Positions 51,106-60,730 of a DNA stretch of 64,000 nucleotides are shown piece by piece. Within the stretch, counting starts at the first letter, position 1. Each line of letters starts with the position of its first letter. A program made the position numbers and the translations under genes. The stretch is from Verrucomicrobiales bacterium (GTDB lineage Bacteria; Verrucomicrobiota; Verrucomicrobiia; Limisphaerales; J093): contig JABTUJ010000038.1 of assembly GCA_015075445.1 (NCBI GenBank), forward strand, positions 11,149 to 75,148, in the 5' to 3' direction. Below the pieces are notes generated by a model that had not been told where the DNA came from, ran no database searches, and saw only the letters and a program-made list of their open reading frames with translations.

Positions 51106-51175
51106 CTCTGTGTCCTCCTGAGCTCTGTGCTGAACCCGGGTGCGGCTTTCAGCACAGAGCTCGGAGGACACAGAG
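51106..51175. repeat. Long inverted repeat (28-bp arms, one bulge, 13-nt loop) built from CTCTGTG/CACAGAG units
   Basis: ctctgtgtcctcc-t-gagctctgtgctgaa / ttcagcacagagctc-ggaggacacagag. Confidence 0.8.
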
Positions 51176-51300
51176 CTAACCACACGGCGGACAGCCACCC
51201 TCGGTATCCAGCTTTCGGGTGCCTCGGCGCAAAATCAGGCCCGCAAACGAACGATCCCTAGGATTTGTGTCGCACACCCTCCCGTCCACCTCCCGGCGGA

Positions 51301-52104
51301 TCAGGCCGGTTCGCCAAACGCAAACGCGCCGTAACCCACCACGCGGTCCGGCTCCGCCGCGTCTGCCGAGATTGCTCAGTTGCAGCGTCTCGCGCAACCC
51401 GCGCGCGCGCGCGGCGAGCAAGCCCGCAATGGCGCGGTGCCCCAGGCGCACTGCCCATCCAGTCGGTCTCCCCGCAGTCCCACGATGGCTTCCGCCGTGG
51501 CCTGGTCGCGCCGCCGCGCCACTCCGTACTCGAGGTAGTGGCTCAGGTCGGAGCTCACCACCACACACGTCTCCCCTCCTCCCCACAGCCGGTCCAGGAC
51601 CTCCGCCACCTCCGCCGCGCCCGCCCGCCCCACCAGCAGCGGCACCAGCCTAAACTCATCCAGCACCGTCTGCAGAAAGGGCAGCTCCACCTCGAGGCTG
51701 TGCTCCGGTTGATGGGCGGGTTCGTACACACTGACCTGCGGCATCCCGAGGACGTCCTCCCGCGCCGCCCGATCCACCGGCACGACCCCCAGCGGTGTGG
51801 CGAAAGCGTCCAACCCGCTGGTGACAATCCCGTCGAATTCCTCGTAGTGCGAAGGGCCGATGACCACGGCCCGTCGAATTCGCTCGTGCGCCGGCCCCAG
51901 CCGGACAAACGCCGCCGCAGCGACCGATCCCGAATAAACGTACCCGGCATGCGGGGCAATCATTGCCTTGGGTACCGGCCCCTCGGGTGGAACCGCCCCG
52001 GCGAGATAGTCATTCACGTCGGACTGCAGCCGCACAGAACTGGCCGGATAGAATCGGCCCGCCTGAGCCGCCGGCCTCACGCCTCCCATGGTCGCACCCT
52101 TCAT
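51301..52104 (-). CDS. amrB: AmmeMemoRadiSam system protein B (MEMO1 family); frameshifts in 3' ~150 bp
   Basis: RPAAQAGRFYP, PHAGYVYSG, GPSH, EHSLEVELPFLQ, SSDLSHY; VVGYGAFAF tail in another frame ending 51301. Confidence 0.88.
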
Positions 52105-53297
52105 GACGACACCCGCTCGCCGGATCCAGTTCCTTCCGCCGCGGCGCGCGAAAGTCCGGGATTCGCAGGGGTAACTGGCGCCGCCCACACCCCCGGCACC
52201 ATTTGGCCGCACGCAGGACACGCCCCGGTGCACCCCAGCCGGTTCTCCAACACGCGAAAGCCCTGCCGCCGGATCAGCGTCGTGCCGCAGCCCGGACAGC
52301 GCGTGTCCTCCCAACCATCGACCCGGCCTGGCAGATTCCCGGCGTACACAAAGTGCAGTCCGGCGGCCGTGCCAATTTCGGCCGCGCGCGCCAGGTCGCG
52401 GGCGGTGGTCGCATGCGGATCCGTCATTCGATAGTCCGGATGAAACGCCGTGACGTGCCAGGGGATGTTCCGGTCCACTCCGGCCAGAAACTGGGTGAGG
52501 TCGCGCAACTCGGCCTCGTCGTCGTTGAAGCCCGGCACGAGCAGGGTGACGACCTCGAGCCAGATCCCGCGCGCCCGAAGCTGCCGGATCGTCTCCCTGA
52601 CATGGGCCAACGTGCCTCCCAGGCTCCGGTAGCGGCGATCGTTGAACCCCTTGAGATCCACCTTGTAGGCCGTCAGCCATGGCTGGAGGAAATCCAGGGC
52701 CTCGGGCGTGGCGTTGCCGTTCGAAACGAACGCGCAGTGGAAGCCCGCCGGTCGCGCCGCGGCAAACACCGCCTCCGCCCACTCCGCGGTGATCAACGGC
52801 TCGTTGTAGCTCGACACCACCCAGCGGGCATCCGCCCGGCGCGCGGCGGCGACGAGCTGTTCCGGCGTGACCGGTTTGAACGTCGTGCTGGCCAGTTCGT
52901 CGCGCAGCGACTGGCTGGTGATCCAGTTCTGGCAATAGCCGCAGTGGAAGTCGCACCCCAGCATCCCAAACGTCAAGGCCGTGCTTCCGGGCAACCCATG
53001 GAAGAACGGCTTTTTCTCGACGGGATCACACGCCACCCCGGCCACGTACCCAAACGGCACCCGCAATCCGTCCCCGGCGTGGAAGCGCACCTTGCACACG
53101 CCGCGCCGCCCCGGGGCCAGGAGACAGCGGTGGCCACAAGCCACGCACCGCACCGTCCCGTACTCCTGCCGGTACAGGCTGCCGGGCACCGTGTGACGAT
53201 CGAGCGCCTCCCCCAACCGCTCGCCCCCACGCCCGGAGGCGGCGGCTGCCACGCCGGCCAGCTCTGTTCTTTCGCGCATCATCAGCGGGGTCGCCAC
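52101..53297 (-). CDS. amrS: AmmeMemoRadiSam system radical SAM enzyme
   Basis: C..C.HRC..G.C.VR, DPVEKKPFFH, GCDFHCGYCQNW, YNEP, AFHPDY, YAGN..TRCPGC. Confidence 0.92.
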   Translation of the reverse strand: MATPLMMRERTELAGVAAAASGRGGERLGEALDRHTVPGSLYRQEYGTVRCVACGHRCLLAPGRRGVCKVRFHAGDGLRVPFGYVAGVACDPVEKKPFFHGLPGSTALTFGMLGCDFHCGYCQNWITSQSLRDELASTTFKPVTPEQLVAAARRADARWVVSSYNEPLITAEWAEAVFAAARPAGFHCAFVSNGNATPEALDFLQPWLTAYKVDLKGFNDRRYRSLGGTLAHVRETIRQLRARGIWLEVVTLLVPGFNDDEAELRDLTQFLAGVDRNIPWHVTAFHPDYRMTDPHATTARDLARAAEIGTAAGLHFVYAGNLPGRVDGWEDTRCPGCGTTLIRRQGFRVLENRLGCTGACPACGQMVPGVWAAPVTPANPGLSRAAAEGTGSGERVSS

Positions 53298-53429
53298 GCG
53301 AGTACCGCACTTTCCCGCGATGCTGGCAGCCTACGCCCGTGCCGTGATCAAGGCAACCCGGGGCTTGCCACACCCGGCCCCCTTTCGGGAAGGTGTCGGC
53401 CTCGCCGCGGTCGGCACGCCGCGGCCGGC

Positions 53430-54287
53430 ATGACCGCGCGTCAACGAAGCCTCATCGAGCTCAACCTCGCCGTGTTGCTCTGGGCGGGCACGGCGCTGTT
53501 CGCCAAGTGGATTGCGCTGCCTCCGTGTCAGATCACCGCCCTGCGATCGGTCGTGGCGGCCCTGACGGTGCTGGTCCTGCTGCGCGGACGCGGCCGGTCG
53601 TTGGTCCTGGGCGATCGCCGGGACCTCGGTCTGCTGGTGGCCGGCGGGCTGTGCCTGGCGGCCCATTGGGTCACCTATTTCCAGGCCATCCAGGTGTCCA
53701 CTGTCGCGGTGGGCATTCTCGCCCTGCACACGTACCCGGTGATCACGGCCCTCCTCGAACCGGCCTGGCACCGGGAACGGCTGCGGCTCCCGGACGTCGT
53801 CCTGGCGCTGGTGGTGCTCGCGGGCGTCGCCGTCCTGCTGCCCAGCCTCTCCTTCACCAGCCAGATCACCCGCGGCGTCGCGTTCGGCGTCCTGTCCGCC
53901 CTGTGCTTCGCCGTCCGCAACATCCTCACCGGTGGCGTGGTGAAGCGACAGGGCGGCGGCAAAGTCACCTTGTACCAGCTCGTGGTTAGCGCGGTGGCGC
54001 TCGTGCCGGCCGCGTGGCTCTGGGGTGAGCCGTTGACGCTGAAGGCCGGGGGCCAACTCCTGCTGCTCGGCGTGATCTTCACCGCCCTGCCGCACACCCT
54101 TTACACGCGCAGCCTCGGCCACCTCAAGGCCACCACCGTCGGCATCATCGCCACCCTCCTGCCCATCTACGGCGCCGTCTCCGCCGCACTCCTCCTGGGC
54201 GAAGTGCCCGCCCTCCGCACCGTGATCGGCGGCGCCATCATCCTCGTCGCCATCACTGTCGAGACCTGGCGGGTCATGCGGAAGTAA
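53430..54287 (+). CDS. DMT/EamA family transporter
   Basis: Two 5-TM repeats; HWVTYFQAIQ, TYPV..LEP, LLGEVP. Confidence 0.85.
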   Translation: MTARQRSLIELNLAVLLWAGTALFAKWIALPPCQITALRSVVAALTVLVLLRGRGRSLVLGDRRDLGLLVAGGLCLAAHWVTYFQAIQVSTVAVGILALHTYPVITALLEPAWHRERLRLPDVVLALVVLAGVAVLLPSLSFTSQITRGVAFGVLSALCFAVRNILTGGVVKRQGGGKVTLYQLVVSAVALVPAAWLWGEPLTLKAGGQLLLLGVIFTALPHTLYTRSLGHLKATTVGIIATLLPIYGAVSAALLLGEVPALRTVIGGAIILVAITVETWRVMRK

Positions 54288-55815
54288 CCTCCGCCGTGCC
54301 CGCCTCGGGGCCTTGGGCGGAACGGGCCCGGCCGGCCGCCCATTCGCGTGAGCGCCGAATGGCCTCGGCCATCGTCCGCGCCAGCGGCACCGTCTCCTGC
54401 AACGCCTTGCGCAGATGCCCGGTCTGCAGCGCCTCGCCCAGTGAGAAGGCGTCGAACAGGGCGCTGATCACCGCCTGCTCGAGCTCGGCCCCGCTGAAAT
54501 CCGTGCTGACCTCGCCCAAGGTCGCCCGGTCAAACTGCGCCGGATCCCGTCCGCGTTTCGCCAGGTGAATGCCGAGGATCTCCGCCCGCTCGGCCGCCCG
54601 CGGCAGATCCACGAAGAAGATCTCGTCGAAACGTCCTTTGCGGAGCAACTCGGGCGGCAACTGCGCGATCTCGTTCGCCGTCGCCACCACGAACACCGGC
54701 GCCGTCTTCTCCGACAGCCACGTCACGAACGTCCCAAACACCCGCGCCGTCGTGCCCGCATCCGAGAACGTCGAGCCGTGCGTCCCGGCAAACGCCTTGT
54801 CGATCTCATCCACCCAGAGCACCGCCGGCGCGACGGATTCCGCCACGGCAATGGCCCGCCGCACGTTCTCCTCGGAAGACCCGACCAGGCTGCCAAACAT
54901 CCGGCCCATGTCGAAGCGCAGCAGCGGGACCTGCCAGAGGTTCGCCGTGGCTTTCGCGCACAGACTCTTGCCGCAACCCTGCACCCCGAGCAGCAGCAGT
55001 CCCCGCGGCGCGGGCAACCCGTACGCCTGGGCAGCCGGCGTGAAGGCCGCCCCCCGCTGGGTCAGCCACTCCTTCAATCCTCCCAGACCACCGACGGTGG
55101 CAAACGTCTCCTCGCTGGCGAAGTACTCGAGCAAGCCGCTCTTCCGGATGATCTGCCGCTTCTCGGCCAGCACTTCCGCCACCTGCTCAGGCCCCAGCCG
55201 GCGGTGCCGCACCAGCATCCGCGCGAACACGTTCTCCGCCTCGCCCAGCGTCAGCCCCAGCGCCGACTGCAGCAGACGCTCCCGTCCCGCCTCATCCAGT
55301 TCGATACTCACCTGCTGGCGCGGCTGCACCTCGCGGCTGATGCGATCGAGCAATGCCCCCAGATCGGCCCGCGTGGGCAGCGGGAACAGCAGCACGGTGA
55401 CCTCCTTCTCGATCTCGGCCGGCAACTCGAGCAGCGGCGACAGCAGGACCAGCGTCTTGAGGCTCTCCTTCAGATGGCGCGCGCATTCCTTGAGCCGCCG
55501 CGTCACCGCCGGGTGCTGCCGGGTCAGGAACGGATGCAGATCCTTGAAGACGAACAGGGCCGGACCGACGTGATCGATCACCTGGTCCAGCGCCGCCAGC
55601 GGATCGCGCGAGGGCGCGTGCCGTTGCTTCTGGGACTGCCACGACGCGCCCAGCGGGATCAGCCCCGTCGTGCAGCTCCACTCAAACACCTGCTTCTCGC
55701 GTCGCTGCCCGATGGCGGCCAGCACAGCCTCGACCCGCGCCTCCTCATTGGAGACGATGTAAAGGAGCGGGTAACGGGCCCGGATCAGGTCCTCGAGTTC
55801 CTCGATGAGGGTCAT
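54274..55815 (-). CDS. AAA+ ATPase, Ycf46-like
   Basis: [13 protein letters not shown]; GVQGCGKSL; VDEIDK; [24 protein letters not shown]. Confidence 0.88.
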   Translation of the reverse strand: MTLIEELEDLIRARYPLLYIVSNEEARVEAVLAAIGQRREKQVFEWSCTTGLIPLGASWQSQKQRHAPSRDPLAALDQVIDHVGPALFVFKDLHPFLTRQHPAVTRRLKECARHLKESLKTLVLLSPLLELPAEIEKEVTVLLFPLPTRADLGALLDRISREVQPRQQVSIELDEAGRERLLQSALGLTLGEAENVFARMLVRHRRLGPEQVAEVLAEKRQIIRKSGLLEYFASEETFATVGGLGGLKEWLTQRGAAFTPAAQAYGLPAPRGLLLLGVQGCGKSLCAKATANLWQVPLLRFDMGRMFGSLVGSSEENVRRAIAVAESVAPAVLWVDEIDKAFAGTHGSTFSDAGTTARVFGTFVTWLSEKTAPVFVVATANEIAQLPPELLRKGRFDEIFFVDLPRAAERAEILGIHLAKRGRDPAQFDRATLGEVSTDFSGAELEQAVISALFDAFSLGEALQTGHLRKALQETVPLARTMAEAIRRSREWAAGRARSAQGPEAGTAEVTSA

Positions 55816-55830
55816 GGCGTGCGGCCGAGC

Positions 55831-56067
55831 TCAGCGACCCAGCCAACGCCGCCACCACGGACGCGGCGGCGGCGGCGTGGCGGCCACGCTGGCCTTCAAC
55901 CGCGTGGCCAGCGTCTCAGGGGGCGGATGCTGGGCGCGGTCGTGCCGCAACACCTCTTCGGCATGCTCGAACTCGAGGGCGGCCTGTGTCTGCTGCGCCT
56001 GCTGCTGGGCCGCCTGCTCGGCGCGCTGCTCCTGGCGGAGCCGGGATGCTGGGGGGTCGGGTTCCAT
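55831..56067 (-). CDS. Small Gln-rich hypothetical protein (candidate anti-sigma/adaptor)
   Basis: ATG at 56067 after GAGG; EFEHAEEVLRHD..PP..LA.RL..PWWRRWLG; tightly between sigma and ATPase genes. Confidence 0.6.
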   Translation of the reverse strand: MEPDPPASRLRQEQRAEQAAQQQAQQTQAALEFEHAEEVLRHDRAQHPPPETLATRLKASVAATPPPPRPWWRRWLGR

Positions 56068-56078
56068 GGGGGCGTCCT

Positions 56079-56639
56079 CTAGGCGGTTTGGGCGAACGTG
56101 GCGGCGAACGCCCGGCGCGCGCGATGTAGCTTGCCGCGGATGGCGTCGGCGGTCTGCGCGGTGAGTTCGGCCACTTCCTGGTAGCTCAGTTGTTCGTCCG
56201 CGACCAGCAGCAGCAGCTCGCGGTATTCCGGCGGCAACCGGTCGAGGGTTAGCTGGATGCGCTGCCCCAGTTCCTTGGTCTCGAGCACGCGCAACGGACT
56301 GTCGGCCGGGCTGGCCGACCGTTCCCAGACCGCCTCGTCCGCGTTGCTGATCATCGTCCGGGAATTCCAGGACTGCAGCAGGTTGCGGCAATGGTTGATG
56401 GCAATGCGATACAGCCAGGTCCGCACGGCCGCCTCCCCGCGGAATTCGTCGTACTTGCGCCAGGCCTTCAGGAACACGTCGTGCGTCGCGTCCTCCGCCT
56501 GCGTCGGATCGCCCAACATGCGCAGGGCGAGATAATAGATGACTTGCGCGTGCACCGCGTACACCTGTCCGAACCCGCTCGCCTCCCACGCCGCCAGGGC
56601 GTCGGGCGCGAACAACTCGGGCTGGCCGGACTCGCTCAT
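56079..56639 (-). CDS. ECF-family RNA polymerase sigma factor
   Basis: AEDATHDVFLKAW..F..TWLYRIAIN (region 2); LSYQEVA..IRGKLHRAR (region 4). Confidence 0.92.
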   Translation of the reverse strand: MSESGQPELFAPDALAAWEASGFGQVYAVHAQVIYYLALRMLGDPTQAEDATHDVFLKAWRKYDEFRGEAAVRTWLYRIAINHCRNLLQSWNSRTMISNADEAVWERSASPADSPLRVLETKELGQRIQLTLDRLPPEYRELLLLVADEQLSYQEVAELTAQTADAIRGKLHRARRAFAATFAQTA

Positions 56640-56720
56640 CGTGCTGTTACTATGCCGTGATGCCTGCCCGACCTTGCCGCGTCGCCCCGAGAGACTTGGT
56701 CACGACCCCGTCGCTCCACC

Positions 56721-56846
56721 CCTCACCCTTCGCCCTTCGCGCTTCCAACTTCGAACTTCGTCTTTCGAACTTCGGACTTCGTCCTTCGCCCTTCGAACTT
56801 CGTCCTTCGCCCTTCGAACTTCGTCCTTCGCCCTTCGAACTTCACT
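56721..56846 (+). repeat. Heptamer array (CTTCGNN) x18 with higher-order 21-bp period
   Basis: (cttcgtc cttcgcc cttcgaa) x3 plus variants; abuts the stop codon of the pilin-like gene. Confidence 0.85.
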
Positions 56847-57651
56847 TCCTCCGGCTGGCGCGCTCGTTGATCCACGCGGTGTCCCGCGGTGCCTGGCGGA
56901 CACCCGCCACCCCTTTTTGGATGGTTTGCGGATCCACCCACTTGCGGATCTCCGCGTGGCCGTCGGCGAAGCTCAGACCGCTCGCCTCATGGTGGTAGAG
57001 GGCCGGCAGATTCCCCCACTCGGGCGGACGATCCACCAGGACGAGCAGGTAACCGTCGTCGAGGCTCTCCTCGCGCTCGTCAATGAACACGAACTGGGTC
57101 GAGGGCGATTGGATATCCGACATCTTGCGATACGTCCACCACTGTCGGTCGATGATCGCCGTGTGCCAACTATTGCCGTTCATGCAGCCGTTCATCGAGA
57201 TGCTCCGCGTCCGCGGGTACTTCTTGCCGCCAATCGTCACCATGAACTTGTCGGCCGGACACTTGTAGATGGCGATGGACTGGTTGTAGGGATAGAGCTT
57301 GCCGCGCGGGGGCATGAGCAGGTTGATGTTCGTCCAGCTCGAGGGGTTCACGGGACCGGCGGTCGTGTGCAGCCACCCGCCCACCCAGCCGGTGCCGTCG
57401 CCGTCGCCGTTCTCGACGAGTGCGTCCCGATGATCATCGGCGTACATCATCCAGGCCAGGCCGAGCTGGCGGCCGTTGTTGATGCACCCCACGCTGTGGG
57501 CCTTGGACTTGGCCCGGGCCAGCGCCGGGAGCAACATCCCCGCCAGGATGGCGATGATGGCGATCACGACCAGCAGTTCGATGAGCGTAAATCCGGCTCC
57601 GCCCCCCTTACCGGCCGCTCCGGGGAAGCGTTTCTTTGTCAGCGTGTTCAT
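56842..57651 (-). CDS. Prepilin-type N-methylation / H-X9-DG domain protein
   Basis: [18 protein letters not shown]; [16 protein letters not shown]. Confidence 0.9.
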   Translation of the reverse strand: MNTLTKKRFPGAAGKGGGAGFTLIELLVVIAIIAILAGMLLPALARAKSKAHSVGCINNGRQLGLAWMMYADDHRDALVENGDGDGTGWVGGWLHTTAGPVNPSSWTNINLLMPPRGKLYPYNQSIAIYKCPADKFMVTIGGKKYPRTRSISMNGCMNGNSWHTAIIDRQWWTYRKMSDIQSPSTQFVFIDEREESLDDGYLLVLVDRPPEWGNLPALYHHEASGLSFADGHAEIRKWVDPQTIQKGVAGVRQAPRDTAWINERASRRK

Positions 57652-57740
57652 AGGTGATGCAGCCCCACCAATAAGCCCCGGCCGCCACGGTGTCCAGCGC
57701 CGAAGCGGGGCTGGGTTGACTTCGCCGGCGTCTGCACCGG

Positions 57741-57968
57741 CTACGAGTCCGCCCGGGTCGGCTCATGCACTTCCGCCCGTGCGATCAATGCCACGTCCAG
57801 AAGGTCGAGGGCGTCATCGTCCTTGTGCATCACCACCAACGTCCGGCCCCGCGGGGTCAGCGTGGCGAACTCTGGGTGTGGCACATGAAAGGCCTGCCCT
57901 TCCACGTACACGGTGAAGGGTCGAAACGCCGACCCTCGTAGAAGCTGGCGGATCTCATCGCTCGTCAT
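57741..57968 (-). CDS. Small conserved hypothetical protein
   Basis: IRQLL...FRPF......V.HPE motif; TTGAGC-17-TAAACA-6-ATG promoter-like context. Confidence 0.6.
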   Translation of the reverse strand: MTSDEIRQLLRGSAFRPFTVYVEGQAFHVPHPEFATLTPRGRTLVVMHKDDDALDLLDVALIARAEVHEPTRADS

Positions 57969-58038
57969 CACCCCTGTTTACCGCAGATCGCAGGCCGGCT
58001 CAAGCACCTTGGCGTGGCCAGCTTGGCGTGGCCTCGCC

Positions 58039-59064
58039 TCACGGCCGGTGCTGGTGCGCGTAATCGGCCAGCGCCCGCAGGTTGGCCTCGGGGGTGCCCC
58101 GCGGCACCTCGCAGCCCGCCCCCACGATATAGCGCGGTCCCGCCGGCCGATGGCACTCGGCGACTGCCGCCGTGACCACCTCAGGGGTGCCGCCCTTGAG
58201 CACCTGCACCGGATGCAGGTTCCCCAGGAGCACCTGCTGCGGCCCCATCGCGGCACGCGCCTCGCCCAGGGGTGAAGGGTAATCGAGGTCCACGATGTCA
58301 CACCCCAGCCGCCCCATGCCCGCCAGGATCGGCCGCGTGTTGCCGCAGATGTGGAGTCGCACCTTCGTGCCCAACGCGTGTAACCCTTCCACCAGCTTCT
58401 TCTCGTACGGCCAGACAAACTCCTCGTAAAGCTGCGGGCCGACCAGCGACGCCGCCGCATCCCCCACCCCCATCAGATCAATGCCCGCCTCGACCTGCGC
58501 CCGCGCAAACCGCAGTTCCATCGCAATCACGAACTCGAACAGGTCCCGCACAAACGCCGGGTCGTCGAAGAAGTCCGTCATGAGCGTGTTGATCCCGCGC
58601 AGGTCGGCCGCCTCCGCCACCGGACCTTCCACCCACCCCTCGATCAGCTTCTCACCCTTCACCCGCTCTTTCAGCAACGCCACGCCTTGCACCCGATCCG
58701 TCATCCGGCCGCCCCCCAGCGGATCCGGCGGCCGCAGCCTCGCCAGGTCCGTCTTGTCCGCCAGTCGCGCCTCATGTTCCACCAGCGCCGGCGGTTGGTC
58801 CTCGAAATACTGCACCTTCGCCCCGCAGTCCGCCGCCTCGCGGGCTGGGTCCGAGATCACGGAGACGTAGTCGAAGCCGAACTTCTCCGCGACCCGAAGC
58901 TGCGCCTCGACCAACACCCGATGGTCGCGGGCGTAATCGCCGTACCGACCGCCGATCTGGTCCACGGCATACATCATGGTGATGGGCATCAGGGGCAGCC
59001 GATCCACCGGCTGACCTGCCAGGTGTGCCAGGACGCGTTCGCGCCCGGTGAGATTCGTCGTCAT
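58039..59064 (-). CDS. Uroporphyrinogen decarboxylase family protein (MtaA/CmuA-like methylcobamide methyltransferase fold)
   Basis: EAADCGA, VEGP...A..LRG, GDAAAS, LHICG, GNLHP, GAGCEVP.GTP..N. Confidence 0.85.
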   Translation of the reverse strand: MTTNLTGRERVLAHLAGQPVDRLPLMPITMMYAVDQIGGRYGDYARDHRVLVEAQLRVAEKFGFDYVSVISDPAREAADCGAKVQYFEDQPPALVEHEARLADKTDLARLRPPDPLGGGRMTDRVQGVALLKERVKGEKLIEGWVEGPVAEAADLRGINTLMTDFFDDPAFVRDLFEFVIAMELRFARAQVEAGIDLMGVGDAAASLVGPQLYEEFVWPYEKKLVEGLHALGTKVRLHICGNTRPILAGMGRLGCDIVDLDYPSPLGEARAAMGPQQVLLGNLHPVQVLKGGTPEVVTAAVAECHRPAGPRYIVGAGCEVPRGTPEANLRALADYAHQHRP

Positions 59065-59403
59065 GCCGCCAGCCAAGCCACCGCGCGTCCGCCGCGCGTT
59101 GACCGGCGTCAAATACCCGAACACCCGCTCCGTGAACCCGTCCTTCCGGAGCCAAACAGGGGTCACCGGACGGGAACCCGGAGACCTGGTGGCACAACCG
59201 GGTAGCTCGCGAGACGAGCTTCCGGCTCACGGCGGCGCAGCAGGCGACCCCGCAGAACCCTGCCTCCCCGGTCACAGTACTTTTGGCGCAATTCGCGCTA
59301 TTCGGCGGGGTGGCAGGCGTGTCACATCCACCTTGAGCTGCCTCGGCCGTCCGAATAGTCTTCTGCGGCACGCCGTAGCACACACTGACCAGGAGACCCA
59401 GCC

Positions 59404-59859
59404 ATGCCACACGCAACTTCATGGACGGCCGTCGAAGAGCAGTTGCTGGGCACGATGAGCGACCAGGACCTGGCGCAACGCCTGGGTCGCTCCGTGCGGG
59501 CCGTCGCCCTCCGCCGGTTTCAGCGGCACCTTCCCAAGTTCCAGTCCCGACGACGGCCCTGGACGGCCGCAGAGGTGGAACTGCTGGGCACGATGTCCGA
59601 CCGCAAGTTCGCGCGGAAATTCAAGCGCAGCGTCCGCAGTGTCATCGTGAAGCGGTGCGAGAAAGGCATTCCCCTCGTCCATCGTCAGATGCACCGTTGG
59701 ACGGCAGCCGATGACCAATTGCTCGGCGCACGGCCAGATTCACAGATTGCGCTGTTGCTCGGGCTGAGCCATTTGGCGGTCAGCCGTCACCGCCAACGGC
59801 TGGGCATCCCGGCCCGTCGTCGAGCTCGGGGAGCGGGAACGTCCCCTGGGCGCAGGTGA
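59404..59859 (+). CDS. Protein of three tandem Myb/HTH-like repeats
   Basis: WT..E..LLG...D...A....RS...V...R..GIP x3; AGGAG RBS and TTGAGC-17-TAGTCT promoter upstream. Confidence 0.7.
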   Translation: MPHATSWTAVEEQLLGTMSDQDLAQRLGRSVRAVALRRFQRHLPKFQSRRRPWTAAEVELLGTMSDRKFARKFKRSVRSVIVKRCEKGIPLVHRQMHRWTAADDQLLGARPDSQIALLLGLSHLAVSRHRQRLGIPARRRARGAGTSPGRR

Positions 59860-59943
59860 CCGCGTGTCGATCGGGCCGAACAGACTCGGGAGATCCCAGC
59901 CAATTCCAGACCCGGTTCGCAGAAAGGGCCCAGCCCACGTCGC

Positions 59944-60075
59944 TCATTGTCCCTTGGCCCGGTAGAACCGATGGGGTTTGCCCACGGCGCCGGGGTCCAA
60001 AACCACCGGCCGGTGCTGGTCGGTGGCCACCACGCCCAGCGAGGTCCAGGTCTGGAGGTCATCGGAGACCAGCAA
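59944..60075 (-). pseudogene. Orphan C-terminal domain of a truncated secreted protein
   Basis: Reads LLVSDDLQTWTSLGVVATDQHRPVVLDPGAVGKPHRFYRAKGQ* with no start; same pattern as the C-termini at 8560, 17131 and 32105. Confidence 0.6.
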
Positions 60076-60103
60076 GGAATCACTGTCCGCCAACTGCTGC
60101 CCA

Positions 60104-60730
60104 TCATTTGCCGGAGCGGTCTGGCGGTAATCCGAAGACGAGATGGTCTTTGGCCTTGTCTGCTAGCGCGACCTTGCGTGTCTGCCAATCAGGCAGGGCG
60201 CGTTCGAGAGCGGCCCAGAAAGCCGGACCGTGGTGCCCTTCGCGCAGGTGAACGAGTTCATGAGCGATGACATAGTCCGCCAAGCGGACGGGCAACTGGA
60301 GCAGCCTCCAGTTGAAATAGACGACCCCGTTCCGACCGCATGAGCCCCAACGAAAGCCCAAGTCACGCACTTCCACACGGCTGGGTTTGCTGGCGGTGCG
60401 GGCCGAAAGAGCCTCAACCCGTCGCTTCAGCCAGTCTGTCCCGGTGGAGACATACCAATGGCGGAAATGCGGCTCGGCGGGCCGCGCGTCACGCCGCAAG
60501 GTGAACCGGGTGCCATCGAACTGGAGCGGTTGCGCCTGCCGCTCCACCAGCTTGAGCCGGTAACGCCGGCCAAGATAAGAGAACGCTTCGCCGGAAACGT
60601 ATTCGGGCCCGCGCATCCTGGGTGCGGCTTCCTCCTTGAGCGCCAACTTGCGATGCACCCAGAGCAGTTTCTTGCCGACCCAGCGGGTAAGTTCGTCGGC
60701 AGAGGTTCCGCCGTTCCCGGTCGCCATCAT
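60104..60730 (-). CDS. YgjP/M48 (SprT-like) metallopeptidase-family protein, apparently N-terminally shortened
   Basis: GEAFSYLGRRYRL, RWGSC, NWRL, YVIAHELVHL..H...FW. Confidence 0.8.
   Translation of the reverse strand: MMATGNGGTSADELTRWVGKKLLWVHRKLALKEEAAPRMRGPEYVSGEAFSYLGRRYRLKLVERQAQPLQFDGTRFTLRRDARPAEPHFRHWYVSTGTDWLKRRVEALSARTASKPSRVEVRDLGFRWGSCGRNGVVYFNWRLLQLPVRLADYVIAHELVHLREGHHGPAFWAALERALPDWQTRKVALADKAKDHLVFGLPPDRSGK

Noticed and set aside
59158-59251. Cobalamin riboswitch or other RNA near the UroD/MtaA gene
   Set aside because: A GGAGACCTG motif and a hairpin are present but on the wrong strand and without the B12-box core; at most a degenerate GGGGTC..GACCCC element
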